From Bacteroidota bacterium (lineage in GTDB: Bacteria > Bacteroidota > Bacteroidia > Flavobacteriales_D > Crocinitomicaceae): 37,363 nt of DNA. Positions 1 to 9,775 of this stretch are shown one piece after another (the first letter of the stretch is position 1; each line of letters begins with the position of its first letter). The stretch covers positions 1 through 37,363 of the forward strand of contig JBEDJV010000001.1 in assembly GCA_041172545.1 (NCBI GenBank), read 5' to 3'. The notes below the pieces were generated by a model, which saw only the letters and a list, made by a program, of their open reading frames with translations, ran no database searches and was not told the DNA's origin. The translations under genes were made by a program, and so were the position numbers.

Positions 1-44
1 ATCAAATATATTAAATTTAGTCGAACAAAACTTAATCCTTTCAA

Positions 45-926
45 ATGAAACAACTTAGTATTATCCTATTGGTTCTGTCTCTTTTTCAGATACAAGCACT
101 TTTTTCTCAAGATAAACCGGCCTATGTCATTTACACGGCTAATGGCAAAAAAACGACGTTTGAAAAGTTAGTTGAGGCGAGTGAGAACAAAGAACTTGTT
201 TTGTTTGGAGAATTTCATGATAATCCGATTTCGCATTGGTTGCAACTGGAATTAACGAAAGAAATCTATGCGGAAGTTGGAGCAAATTTACAATTGGGAT
301 TTGAAATGTTTGAGCAGGATCAACAAGATTTATTGAGTCAATATGTAGCGGGGAACTTAACGGCGAAACAGTTCAAAGATACGATGCGACTTTGGCCAAA
401 TTACGAGACGGATTATGCGCCACTCATCGAATTTGCGAAAACCAATAAGTTGTTTTGTGTGGCATCAAATGTTCAACGAAAATATGCTTCGCTCTTATTT
501 AAAAAGGGAAGAAAAGCATTGGACACCTTGAGTTTGACCATTAAATCACAGATGGCGCCCATTGACTTCAAGGTAGACACTACGCTTTCTCAATACAGAG
601 AGGTTTTCACGATGGGTGGACACATGGGTGTAAATATGGGAATGAATATGGTGGAGTCGCAAGCGTTTAAAGATGCAACAATGGCTCAATTTATTTTAGC
701 CAATTCAGGGAGAAAAGAGGGGAGTATCCATGTGCATTTCAATGGAGCTTTTCATTCTGATTTTTACCAAGGGATCCTTTGGTATGTGCAGCAAAAACAG
801 CCAGATATTCGCGTATTGACTATTTCAACGGTTACGCAAGAAGATGTGCGCAAACTCGATAAAGAACACCTAGGACGCGCAGACTTTATTATTTGTGTTC
901 CGGAATCGATGACACGAACACACTAA
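45..926 (+). CDS. ChaN-family (haem-binding uptake / Tiki-superfamily, DUF399-like) secreted lipoprotein
   Basis: ATG start and an N-terminal signal peptide (MKQLSIILLVLSLFQIQALFS). The block ELVLFGEFHDNPISHWLQLEL and the later FNGAFHSDF are typical of ChaN/DUF399 proteins. 293 aa. Confidence 0.65.
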   Translation: MKQLSIILLVLSLFQIQALFSQDKPAYVIYTANGKKTTFEKLVEASENKELVLFGEFHDNPISHWLQLELTKEIYAEVGANLQLGFEMFEQDQQDLLSQYVAGNLTAKQFKDTMRLWPNYETDYAPLIEFAKTNKLFCVASNVQRKYASLLFKKGRKALDTLSLTIKSQMAPIDFKVDTTLSQYREVFTMGGHMGVNMGMNMVESQAFKDATMAQFILANSGRKEGSIHVHFNGAFHSDFYQGILWYVQQKQPDIRVLTISTVTQEDVRKLDKEHLGRADFIICVPESMTRTH

Positions 927-2245
927 TTCGTTTTTAGAATCGAAGTCACTTTTGCTGAGATTGTCCCTTGAATCGTTTGTGTTTCAATTTCCGTATCGAT
1001 CTCAATAAGTGCATGTTCATCAATGGCTTTCCCCTTGATTCGTGTGATGCTATATCCACGTTTGAGTACGTGAATCGGGTCTAAAAACTGTACTTTTTCT
1101 TCAAGTTGCTTTACTTTTTGTGCCTCTTTATCCAAGAAAAAAAGCACTTGAGGTTTCAGGCGTGTTTCTTGATTTTCAATCGATTGTTGGTGTTTTGTTA
1201 ATTGACTTCGACTTTGATGTTGTACTTGAAATTGCAGGGATAAAAAACGTTCTTTCGCAGTTCGAACCCTCCTTTGTACAACTTGGGTAAGTCCATTTGC
1301 TTGAGCAACGAGTTTTTGGTTTTTCATCACGAGTAAGCGTTCGCTTTCCAACGAAAGTTGTTTGGTGAGTTGCTCAATTTCTAAGTCAAACTCACGAAAC
1401 GTTAGAACCAAGAACTCCGCTAACTTAGTTGGAGTGATGGCGTTTCGATAGGCGACCAACTCGGCTACTGTTAAATTCGTAGAGTGTCCAATACCTGTGA
1501 GAACTGGAATAGGGAAAGAGGCAATGGCTTTACACAGCTCAAAATGATTGTAACAAGTCATTCCAACTTCGGCTCCTCCACCTCGGACAATCACAACAAC
1601 ATCGAACTGAGTGATGTTGTCTTCAATTTTTTTTAAGGCAGAGCAAATAGAATTGACGGCTAAATCACCTTGAACATAGGCTTCGAAAAGTGTCGTTTCA
1701 AAGTAATAATGGTTAGGATTTTCTTGAAGTACTTGGTAAAAATCAGAGAGTCCTTTACTTGAATCCCCAGAAACAATGGCAATTCGTTTTGGCAAGAGCG
1801 GAAATTCTCTGGATTGATTTCGATTGATCAACTTTAAGGCATCTAGCTTTTTCAAGGTTTCTTCCCGTTCACGCTGCAACTCTCCAAGAGAATAGGATGG
1901 ATCGATGTCTATTATTTGGAGTGTGAGTCCAAAAGTTGGATGATAATTTATTTTCACGAGAAGAAGCAAGGTTTTCCCATCCTGTAATGGTTCTTTGACT
2001 ACTCGTATAAAGGCTTCATTGATACGTTCAAGTTGTTGCTTCCAGATGGTTCCTGTTATTTGTGCAACAATTTTCCCATCTTCCTTTTGAACGAGTTCCG
2101 GAAACGCGTGTCCACTCGGATACCGATTCATTTTATGCATTTCTGCTTTCACCCAATAATTTGTTGAATACCGATCTTCGATTGTCTTTTGAATGGACTG
2201 TACGACTTGTTTAAGCGAGAAGACTTGTTTTTCGGGTTGACTCAT
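923..2245 (-). CDS. xseA: Exodeoxyribonuclease VII large subunit
   Basis: 440 aa. N-terminal OB-fold region (LKQVVQSIQKTIEDRY..YWVKAEM), the catalytic-core motifs IVRGGGA and PVLTGIGHSTN, and a long C-terminal coiled-coil. Its stop overlaps the convergent chaN-like stop by 4 nt. No xseB is adjacent. Confidence 0.9.
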   Translation of the reverse strand: MSQPEKQVFSLKQVVQSIQKTIEDRYSTNYWVKAEMHKMNRYPSGHAFPELVQKEDGKIVAQITGTIWKQQLERINEAFIRVVKEPLQDGKTLLLLVKINYHPTFGLTLQIIDIDPSYSLGELQREREETLKKLDALKLINRNQSREFPLLPKRIAIVSGDSSKGLSDFYQVLQENPNHYYFETTLFEAYVQGDLAVNSICSALKKIEDNITQFDVVVIVRGGGAEVGMTCYNHFELCKAIASFPIPVLTGIGHSTNLTVAELVAYRNAITPTKLAEFLVLTFREFDLEIEQLTKQLSLESERLLVMKNQKLVAQANGLTQVVQRRVRTAKERFLSLQFQVQHQSRSQLTKHQQSIENQETRLKPQVLFFLDKEAQKVKQLEEKVQFLDPIHVLKRGYSITRIKGKAIDEHALIEIDTEIETQTIQGTISAKVTSILKTN

Positions 2246-2287
2246 ATTGAAATGCTGGGAAATAAAGGTAGGAATAAATCCGGCTTC

Positions 2288-3361
2288 TTATTTCAATGGA
2301 ATGCCACGTGAGCTCACTGGTCCCGTATTTTTACTTTTCTCAACGGTAATGACAAAGGTAGTTCCAATACCAACCTGACTTTTAACTTTAATAGATTGAC
2401 CGTGAGATTCAACAATGTGTTTTGCGATGGCGAGTCCGAGTCCCGAACCACCCTCGTTGCGATTTCTACTTTTCTCTACACGGTAAAAGCGCTCAAATAA
2501 GCGTGAAAGGTGATGAGGTTCAATTCCTGGTCCATTATCTTTAAATTCTAAAAGAAAGTGATCATTGAGATCTAATATGGAAACCACTAATATTCCATTT
2601 TCCTTCCCATATGATATGGCATTTGAAATAATATTCGTGAATACTTGTCCTAATTTATTTCGGTCAGCCTGAACATATTTGGACGTAAAGGATTTCTCAA
2701 ATAGTAATTGGTAATTTTTTTCTTTGGCGATGAGTTCAAATGTCTCAAAAGATTCTTTTAGCAATTCCACGATATCAAAGGATCGGATTTCGAGACGTAA
2801 ATTCTCTGTTTCCATGCGTGTAATTTGATCGAGATCTTCTAGAATTCCAGTAATACGATCCGTAGATTTCGATGCTCTTTCAAGAAATGCCCGATTTACA
2901 TTTGGATCTTCTAGACCACCATCAAGTAGCGTAAGTAAGTATCCTTGGATGGAGAAAACCGGTGTTTTAAGTTCGTGTGCTAAATTTCCGAGAAATTCTT
3001 TTCGGAATGCAGCTTGTTCTTTTAGTTTGGAGATTTCGATGGCACTATTTTCTTTCCATTCTTCTACATTCTTTTCGGCATCTTCCATAAGGGAATCAAT
3101 CGATTTGGCGAAGGTAATGTTCTCGGGTTGTTTAACCTGAATGGATCGATAAATGAGGGAAAGTCGGTATTGAATAAATCCTTTTAATAGGAAATAGAAA
3201 ACTAGGTACGCAAAGATTCCAGAGAAAACGGGTATAGCAATAATGAGGTTCGTGCTCAAGGCAAGGATGCTATTGTGAACAAGAAGCGTAAAAATGAAGC
3301 TAATGAGCATAAAAGCTAAGCTTCCATAAAAAATTAATACGCTCGGTCTTGCTGTTTTCAT
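2288..3361 (-). CDS. Sensor histidine kinase (PhoR-like HisKA + HATPase_c, two N-terminal TM helices)
   Basis: H-box FLGNLAHELKTPVFSIQGY, N-box NIISNAISY, G1 DNGPGI and G2 GGSGLGLAIAK. The ATG overlaps the regulator stop in an ATGA unit (3358-3361). Confidence 0.9.
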   Translation of the reverse strand: MKTARPSVLIFYGSLAFMLISFIFTLLVHNSILALSTNLIIAIPVFSGIFAYLVFYFLLKGFIQYRLSLIYRSIQVKQPENITFAKSIDSLMEDAEKNVEEWKENSAIEISKLKEQAAFRKEFLGNLAHELKTPVFSIQGYLLTLLDGGLEDPNVNRAFLERASKSTDRITGILEDLDQITRMETENLRLEIRSFDIVELLKESFETFELIAKEKNYQLLFEKSFTSKYVQADRNKLGQVFTNIISNAISYGKENGILVVSILDLNDHFLLEFKDNGPGIEPHHLSRLFERFYRVEKSRNRNEGGSGLGLAIAKHIVESHGQSIKVKSQVGIGTTFVITVEKSKNTGPVSSRGIPLK

Positions 3362-4035
3362 TTATCCTTGAAGGTATATCCGACACCTTTTATAGTACGA
3401 ATATAGTCATCTCCAAGCTTTTCACGCAATTTTCTGATATGAACATCGATGGTTCGTTCTCCAACGATGGTTTCGTTACCCCAGACAACGGAAAGAATTT
3501 GATCTCTATTAAAGACCTTTCCTGGTCTGCTAGCGAGTAATTCGAGTAGTTCAAATTCCTTTTTAGGCAATGTTAACGATTCACCGTTCACAATGACAAG
3601 GAATCTATCTCGATCAATTTGAATATTGGATTCAATTTGTTTTACGGAAGTTTTCGTTCTTCGGAGCAAGGAATCAATTTTGCTCAATAGCAATCTCGGT
3701 CTAATCGGTTTGTTAATGTAATCATCTGCTCCTGCCTCGAATCCTGCAATTTGAGCGTAATCCTCTGTACGTGCAGTTAAAAAAGCAATGATTGGTTGAT
3801 TAAGATTTAAGTCTTTTCGGATGATTTGACAGGTTTCAATCCCGTCCATGACGGGCATCATCACATCTAATAGAATCAAGGATGGATTGATTTGTTGAAC
3901 AATCCGCAAGGCTTCTTGTCCGTTTGACGCCACGTACACTTTAAATCCTTCCTTACGAATATTATAGGAAAGGAACTCCAGAATATCCGGTTCATCGTCA
4001 ACGATTAAAATAGTATGGCCTTTCGTATTTTCCAT
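3358..4035 (-). CDS. OmpR/PhoB-family DNA-binding response regulator
   Basis: Receiver domain (ILIVDDEPDI, LILLDVMMPVMDG, ADDYINKP) plus a winged-helix output (RTIDVHIRKLREKL, GVGY). 225 aa. Confidence 0.92.
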   Translation of the reverse strand: MENTKGHTILIVDDEPDILEFLSYNIRKEGFKVYVASNGQEALRIVQQINPSLILLDVMMPVMDGIETCQIIRKDLNLNQPIIAFLTARTEDYAQIAGFEAGADDYINKPIRPRLLLSKIDSLLRRTKTSVKQIESNIQIDRDRFLVIVNGESLTLPKKEFELLELLASRPGKVFNRDQILSVVWGNETIVGERTIDVHIRKLREKLGDDYIRTIKGVGYTFKDK

Positions 4036-4050
4036 AGGGATAAAAAAAAA

Positions 4051-4076
4051 GGCTGCTAAACCGAAGTTTAGCAGCC
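4051..4076 (-). terminator. Rho-independent terminator after the T9SS cargo gene
   Basis: 10-bp stem ggctgctaaa/tttagcagcc with a 6-nt loop. On the minus strand it is followed by a T9 run (4042-4050), and the T-run ends 6 nt before the regulator ATG. Confidence 0.8.
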
Positions 4077-4086
4077 ATTAGTGAAA

Positions 4087-6642
4087 TTATTTTTGAATCA
4101 TCAATTTCTGATTCTCAGTACCGTTTGTATTTGTCAAACGTACAGTATAGAATCCTGAAGAAAGATTAGTTACATCGAAAGAAACATTATTGGTTCCAAT
4201 TACGATTGATTGATTTTGCGCAATAACACGACCAGTTGCATCGATTAACTCTATTTGGATAAGGTCATTTGTGTTTTGTTCAAAAGAAACGTTAACTGTT
4301 TCGTTTGCTGGATTAGGGAAGATAGTCAAGTTTGAACTTGCTGCAATTTCATTTAATCCAACAGTTACATCTACGATAAACGTTGTTGTATCTGTACAGT
4401 TTCCGTTGATAGCAGTTAACACAACTATATATGATCCGTTCACAGCATATGCATGAGCTGGTGCCATTGCAGATGAATTTGTGAAGTCACCAAAATCCCA
4501 AGAGTAAGAAGTAGCTCCAGTTGATGTATTGGTAAATGTCGCAACGTTTCCAGCTAAGGTCATTGTTCCAGCTGCAGTTGGTGTAGCATTGAATGTTACT
4601 GTAATTGGAGCAGAAGCACCAACACCGTTACATGCATTTGCATTTGTGGTAACAACGTTTACGTTTGTCGCTGTAGCAGTAACGTCGATGCTTTGTGTTG
4701 TTGCACCTGTTGACCATAAGTAGCTGTCAGAAGTAGAAGCTGTAATGGTAACGATATCTCCTTCACACGCTTGTGTAGCTGTCGCATTAATTGTTGGAGC
4801 TGGAGCGTTAGATACGTTCACAGTAGTTGCTGTAGATGTTGCAGCACATCCGTTTACGTCTGTTACAGTCACAGTGTAAGAACCAGAAGTAGTTACTGTA
4901 ATGGAAGCAGAAGTAGCTGTTGTTGACCAAACGTTTCCAGTTGTAGCACTTGAAGATAAATCTACTGATCCACCTGTACAGAACGTTGTTGCTCCACTTG
5001 CAGTGATTGTTGGTGTAGCAGGTAAAGCATTTACAGTAATCGTAATTGCGATGCGTTGACTTTCGTCGTTGTTCGCGTTAGCTTGACTTACATAGTATGT
5101 AAATGTTCCAGCAGTTGTTGTTGCAGGAGTTGGAGCAGTAGTAGTATAAGTACCACCAGTTGCTTGCGTGTACCAACGTAATGAGTTCCCTAAAGAAGCA
5201 TTCGCTGACAAAGCAGAAGCTGTAGCACCAGCACAATATGTGTAAGTTGATGTACTTGTAGTTGGAACGGCAACGCTATAGAATTTAGGGTGCATAAAGT
5301 TTGCACCTGAACCAGCCACTGAACCAGCGCCTAGACGAGCATCCGGTGTTACCCCTAATGCAGTGAACAAGTTCACCCAGTTGATTTGAGCAATAGTTTG
5401 AGTAGAGTCATTTCCATCAGCACCCCAGAAAGAGTTGTAGAATGCAGCCGTTGAAGCAGCACCACCACTTGTTCCAGCGTTGTAGATTGTGTTCGTGTTG
5501 TTTGCGTAGTTAACAGTGTTGTTGCTTGCGAAAACAAGTGTATCTCCATTTACGTTATTGACAACAGCTGTTCCTTCGATCGAAAGACCTTTTTCCCATC
5601 CAGTTGTCAATGTATTGAATACAGATGTAGCTGTGTTTCTTCTCAAACGGAAAGATTTTTCGAATTTCTCTCCAACAGGAAGTGCAATTGTTCCATTTCC
5701 TTTTGGACCTACGATTGTTCCGTTAGAGAAAATTGGAGCAGTTTTCGGTTGAGCTGTTGATCCAGCTGCGTCGTTGTCTGATTCAAAACTGTTTGAGTCT
5801 CCAGGAGCATCAAACATATCTTTGTCGCGAATAGATAAGAAGAATTGAACTTTTCCTCTGTAACCAAAGTCTGTATCGAAGTCATCGTCTAATCCTCTGT
5901 AAGCGATTAAGTGTTTACAGTTAACTGTTCCACCAAACCATTCGAAAGAATCATCTCCACTAAAAGAAACTTGAACATTATCTACCATTGTTCCGCTACC
6001 AACAGAACCAAAAGTAATACCATTTACTTCTTTGTTTGGCTCTAGAGCAATACCTGCGAACTCAATACGAACGTATTTAATGACACCTGAATTATCTGTA
6101 TCAAAGTTACCACCGAATTGAGTATCTGTTGTTGGTACAATACCTTCAATGTTTGCAACTCCACCTGGTTGGTTGTTTTTCGCAAGACCTAAGATAACAA
6201 GTCCACCCCAGTCACCTTCGTTACGAGAACCTACGGCTTCGTTTGAAGTAAATACGATTGGATTACTTGCTGTTGCGTTTGCATTGATTTTCGCTCCGCG
6301 GGTAATGATTAATGTTGCTTGTGTTAATTTGTCACCACGGATGATTGTCCCTGGTGCAATCGTTAGCGTTGCGTTGTTTTTAACGTAAATTTTGTTTTGT
6401 AACAAAACTACTCCACTCCAGGTTGTATTTGTTGTGATGTCGGTTGAAGCGGTTGTTGTCGTTGCAGGATAAACCGTGTTTTCAGGGTCAAAATTTGACC
6501 ATCCTGATGTCCAGTCTGTTGCAGGTGTGTTGTCCGTTACAGGAAAGGCACCTTTGTAATTGGTCACCGACCAAAATGCATCTTGAGCACTTAACATGGT
6601 GCTAGCAAGTAATGCTGCGAATAGTAAATAACTTTTCTTCAT
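4087..6642 (-). CDS. T9SS-secreted surface protein: N-terminal beta-helix-like domain, Thr/Ala-rich Ig-like modules, PKD domain, type-A T9SS C-terminal sorting domain
   Basis: Signal peptide; PKD signature YSWDFGDF..HAY; C-terminal FPNPANETVNVSF...GFYTVRLTNTNGTENQKLMIQK. 851 aa. Lies directly downstream of a TonB-dependent receptor. Confidence 0.8.
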   Translation of the reverse strand: MKKSYLLFAALLASTMLSAQDAFWSVTNYKGAFPVTDNTPATDWTSGWSNFDPENTVYPATTTTASTDITTNTTWSGVVLLQNKIYVKNNATLTIAPGTIIRGDKLTQATLIITRGAKINANATASNPIVFTSNEAVGSRNEGDWGGLVILGLAKNNQPGGVANIEGIVPTTDTQFGGNFDTDNSGVIKYVRIEFAGIALEPNKEVNGITFGSVGSGTMVDNVQVSFSGDDSFEWFGGTVNCKHLIAYRGLDDDFDTDFGYRGKVQFFLSIRDKDMFDAPGDSNSFESDNDAAGSTAQPKTAPIFSNGTIVGPKGNGTIALPVGEKFEKSFRLRRNTATSVFNTLTTGWEKGLSIEGTAVVNNVNGDTLVFASNNTVNYANNTNTIYNAGTSGGAASTAAFYNSFWGADGNDSTQTIAQINWVNLFTALGVTPDARLGAGSVAGSGANFMHPKFYSVAVPTTSTSTYTYCAGATASALSANASLGNSLRWYTQATGGTYTTTAPTPATTTAGTFTYYVSQANANNDESQRIAITITVNALPATPTITASGATTFCTGGSVDLSSSATTGNVWSTTATSASITVTTSGSYTVTVTDVNGCAATSTATTVNVSNAPAPTINATATQACEGDIVTITASTSDSYLWSTGATTQSIDVTATATNVNVVTTNANACNGVGASAPITVTFNATPTAAGTMTLAGNVATFTNTSTGATSYSWDFGDFTNSSAMAPAHAYAVNGSYIVVLTAINGNCTDTTTFIVDVTVGLNEIAASSNLTIFPNPANETVNVSFEQNTNDLIQIELIDATGRVIAQNQSIVIGTNNVSFDVTNLSSGFYTVRLTNTNGTENQKLMIQK
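4090..4332 (-). other. Type-A T9SS C-terminal sorting domain (Por_Secre_tail-like) of the 851-aa protein
   Basis: The last ~81 aa begin NLTIFPNPANETVNVSF and end GFYTVRLTN..QKLMIQK, the canonical CTD pattern. Confidence 0.8.
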
Positions 6643-6723
6643 TTTTTTTGTTTTTTTTATCGTTACAAAGTTCCCACATAATCAAAGGCCTCAAGTTATT
6701 GGACCCTTAATTCTACTTTAAGA

Positions 6724-6757
6724 GTTTGTTAAGGAATGTGTTTGAATGTTAACAAAC
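6724..6757. promoter_or_regulatory. Candidate operator upstream of the cargo gene: 9-bp perfect inverted repeat enclosing a GAATGT direct repeat
   Basis: gtttgttaa (6724-6732) is the exact reverse complement of ttaacaaac (6749-6757). GAATGT occurs at 6734-6739 and 6744-6749, a 10-bp phasing. The site is 82-115 nt upstream of the ATG at 6642. Confidence 0.3.
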
Positions 6758-6765
6758 AAAAAAAA

Positions 6766-6779
6766 GCGGCTCGAGCCGC
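6766..6779 (-). terminator. Rho-independent (bidirectional-looking) terminator after the TonB-dependent receptor gene
   Basis: GC-rich hairpin gcggc-tcga-gccgc flanked by A8 (6758-6765) and T5 (6780-6784). Confidence 0.8.
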
Positions 6780-6808
6780 TTTTTCATTATAACATCGATA
6801 TCAGATAG

Positions 6809-9655
6809 TTAGAACTTGTATTTCAACGACAAGCTTACGGTCTGACCAAAGGTGATTTCTTGCCAAGCACTGTCCACACCTTTGTCGTATTTCTGATTTT
6901 TATTAATGTCTTGGAAGAATACTAAGTCTTGAGCCAAGGCATCTTTCACATTTAATTTCACTTCATATTTATCCTTGAATGTTTTTGAAATTTGGAAGTC
7001 GATTACATTACGTCCGTTTTCCCAAACACTCGGTTCTTGAATACTTCCTGCGATGGCGATGCGCTGTCCGACTAGGTTGTATGATAAACTTACATTAAGA
7101 GCATTTTCATTCGTATAGAAAAGACCTGCATTGATAATGAACGGTGATTGTCCTTGCATTGGACGGGAAGAGTTTGGATATTCTTCTTGTCCGGAAACAT
7201 CACTCAAATCAACTTGTGAATGAATAAGCGAAGCATTCGTATAGAACGTAAAGTTTTTCCAGAAAGAAGTTGTGTCCTTACTTAAGAAATCCAATTTCAT
7301 TCGGTATTCAATTTCCGCACCATAACTTTTAACGGCTCCAACATTACGGTAGTATAATTCCGGCGTTCCGGAAGTACCTGTGCGCAAGATCAACTCGATT
7401 GGATTTTGGAAATCTTTGTAGAATCCAGAAACACTGATTACTTGTCCTTCACCTGGGAAGTATTCTAATCGTGCATCATAGTTATTAATAAGGGCACGTT
7501 GTAATTTTGGATCTCCCGCTGTTAAGTTATCGTTCAAGAAGTTGTAGAACGTAAATGGCGCAAGTTCACGGAACTCAGGTCGAGATAATGTTCTAGAAGC
7601 ACTTGCTCTGAATTGAAAACGTTTTGTAAAGCTGTAGGTCAAATTAATGGAAGGCAAAATGTCCACAACCGTCGTATCCAGGTCTCTTTGTGCGTTAGAA
7701 CCAAATTCGATGTAGTGAAACTGTTGGTTGTATGATTCCAAACGTGCTCCGGTCACAACTCTCAATTTGCTCCATAAACGCGCGTCGATCATTGCATAAC
7801 CAGCATTCAAGAAAGAAGATGCTTGGTAACTATCGTCTACGTTTGTTCCTTCTTCTAATTTAAATCCACCTTGACCATCTGCCATGACACCTAGGTTCTC
7901 CGCACTAAAAATTTGGTCTTCCGGTAATAAAAGCAAGTTCGAATTAAAACTAGAGCTTCCAACAGGATCTACTTTACTGAATCCAAGGTTTCTTGCATCG
8001 AACGAACGTGTTCTGTATTGGTGCATTCCACCTGCTTTCAAGAAGTTTTTCGAGTCCTCTTTACCAAGTTGATAAGAACCATCATATCGTCCGCTGTAGA
8101 TGCGTTCATCTAAATTCGACCAGAACATATTTCCTGCTCCTAATGTAGAAATGTCATTTGCTTGAATTACCGCAAAGTAAGGCAACGTTGTATCTACTTG
8201 TTGGTAAACCGTTCTTCTCAAGAAAGGAATTTGACGAGAGATATCAGAAATCCCGGTATTCCAAGAAAGTTTGAATTTATCGTTGATGGTGTGATTACCG
8301 ATTAACTGACTACTTAATAAGTTATTTTGTGTATACCAGAAGTTCGTTGATTTCTCGTAATATACAGATTCAACATCCATGTCACGCTTTCCATTTCTAA
8401 CATTCACTTTGTCATCTGCACTAATGGAATACAATGTTTTCAATTGAATGTCATTTTTTGGATTCAATTGGTATTTCAAATTGAGCATACCAGTATTTAA
8501 AACGGACTGCGTATAAGCACTATCGCGCAATTCATTTTTTGTAACTACCCCTGTTGCTTGCTCCTCAAATTCTCTTCTTGTAACATAATTGAACTGCATG
8601 TTATTTGTGTAAGAATAAGCGAATACATAACCGAATTTTCGTTTGTTTTTTAAATTAAACATATTTCCAATTGAGTACTGTAAACTAAGGTTTGGCAATG
8701 CCATCTTATTGCCGGCACCCCATGAGTTCGGAATATTTTTCGCGTAGTCCGCTTTTTGTGCGTTCGTTAGGGCATTGAATTCCGCAGTCGTTGGAAGTCC
8801 CTCTGGTAACTGACGTGTATTTGATCCTAAACCGAAAACATCTGAGTTCCCACTTGCATATGTTTTGAAGTTTTTGAAAGTGCTGATGCTGTTGTAAGCA
8901 CCACCAATTTGGATGTTTTGAAATGCTTCATCGCGCGGCTCTAACGTTTTAATATCAATCACACCACCCGCAAATTCTCCTGGTAGTTCTGGGGTTGCAC
9001 TTTTCATAACAAATAAATTTTCCAACATATTGGAAGGGAAAATATCGAAGGCAAAAGCTTTACGGTCACTTTCAGTACTTGGTAGAGATGCACCATTAAT
9101 TAGAGCGAAGTTGTATCGGTCACTTAATCCACGTACGACCACAAATTTATTATCTTGTACACTTGCTCCACTAATGCGTTTAAATACATCTGACACACGT
9201 GCATCTGGTGTTTTAATAAAGGTGCTTTTATTAATACCATCGACTAGTCCACCTTGATTCAACTGCATTTTCGTGATTTCCGCATCCCCTTTTGGTTTTG
9301 TTTGGAAAATTACCTTAACATCTTTCTCCGTTTTCGTTGCATTGTCCATATCAAAGTTCACCTCTGTTTTCTCTCCAGATTTAACAATGATATTCTCTAC
9401 TTTCTGTGACAAATACCCCATGAATCGTACTTCCATGGCATAAGTCCCGGGTTCTACTGAAGGGAAAGAGAATACTCCGGCTGCATCTGAAATAGCGATT
9501 TTGTTGACTCCCATCAACATGACTTTTGCGGATTCTAAGGGATTATTATTGTTTTTGTCCTTAATAACTCCGGAAATGCTTCCTGTTTGTGCGAGGGAAA
9601 TGAGTTGAATTGAACTAAAAATAAGGAGGGTAAAAAAGCGAAAATAGGTCTTCAT
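6809..9655 (-). CDS. TonB-dependent outer-membrane receptor with N-terminal carboxypeptidase-regulatory-like domain
   Basis: 948 aa. Signal peptide, a CarbopepD_reg-like start (GSISGVIKDKNNNNPLESAKVMLMG..GTYAMEVRFMGY), a plug region (FVVVRGLSDRYN) and a C-terminal barrel ending SLSLKYKF. No SusD partner follows it. Confidence 0.9.
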   Translation of the reverse strand: MKTYFRFFTLLIFSSIQLISLAQTGSISGVIKDKNNNNPLESAKVMLMGVNKIAISDAAGVFSFPSVEPGTYAMEVRFMGYLSQKVENIIVKSGEKTEVNFDMDNATKTEKDVKVIFQTKPKGDAEITKMQLNQGGLVDGINKSTFIKTPDARVSDVFKRISGASVQDNKFVVVRGLSDRYNFALINGASLPSTESDRKAFAFDIFPSNMLENLFVMKSATPELPGEFAGGVIDIKTLEPRDEAFQNIQIGGAYNSISTFKNFKTYASGNSDVFGLGSNTRQLPEGLPTTAEFNALTNAQKADYAKNIPNSWGAGNKMALPNLSLQYSIGNMFNLKNKRKFGYVFAYSYTNNMQFNYVTRREFEEQATGVVTKNELRDSAYTQSVLNTGMLNLKYQLNPKNDIQLKTLYSISADDKVNVRNGKRDMDVESVYYEKSTNFWYTQNNLLSSQLIGNHTINDKFKLSWNTGISDISRQIPFLRRTVYQQVDTTLPYFAVIQANDISTLGAGNMFWSNLDERIYSGRYDGSYQLGKEDSKNFLKAGGMHQYRTRSFDARNLGFSKVDPVGSSSFNSNLLLLPEDQIFSAENLGVMADGQGGFKLEEGTNVDDSYQASSFLNAGYAMIDARLWSKLRVVTGARLESYNQQFHYIEFGSNAQRDLDTTVVDILPSINLTYSFTKRFQFRASASRTLSRPEFRELAPFTFYNFLNDNLTAGDPKLQRALINNYDARLEYFPGEGQVISVSGFYKDFQNPIELILRTGTSGTPELYYRNVGAVKSYGAEIEYRMKLDFLSKDTTSFWKNFTFYTNASLIHSQVDLSDVSGQEEYPNSSRPMQGQSPFIINAGLFYTNENALNVSLSYNLVGQRIAIAGSIQEPSVWENGRNVIDFQISKTFKDKYEVKLNVKDALAQDLVFFQDINKNQKYDKGVDSAWQEITFGQTVSLSLKYKF

Positions 9656-9718
9656 AAAACAGTGTTAATTCACGATGCAAAGGAACGCCGACACTTTAAT
9701 TCGTAAATTAATCAAAAG

Positions 9719-9765
9719 TTAAGGTTATGTTAATTGAATGCGTACAAGAATTAACATTTCCTTAA
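9719..9765. promoter_or_regulatory. Candidate operator upstream of the TonB-dependent receptor gene: 17-bp imperfect inverted repeat
   Basis: ttaaggttatgttaatt (9719-9735) matches the reverse complement of aattaacatttccttaa (9749-9765) at 15/17 positions, with a 13-nt spacer. It shares the ATGTTAA / TTAAGG cores with the 6724-6757 element and lies 64-110 nt upstream of the ATG at 9655. Confidence 0.3.
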
Positions 9766-9775
9766 TATGAGAAAA

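Noticed and set aside
923-926. 4-nt overlap of the convergent chaN-like and xseA stop codons (cTAA / TAG on the opposite strand)
   Set aside because: This is a common compaction feature of convergent genes. No hairpin or other element is associated with it.
6643-6658. A8-C-A7 homopolymer tracts immediately upstream of the T9SS cargo ATG, considered as a possible slipped-strand phase-variation switch
   Set aside because: A-rich leaders directly upstream of start codons are the norm in Bacteroidota, which lack Shine-Dalgarno sites. The tracts lie outside the coding frame, and I cannot see a promoter spacer they would alter.
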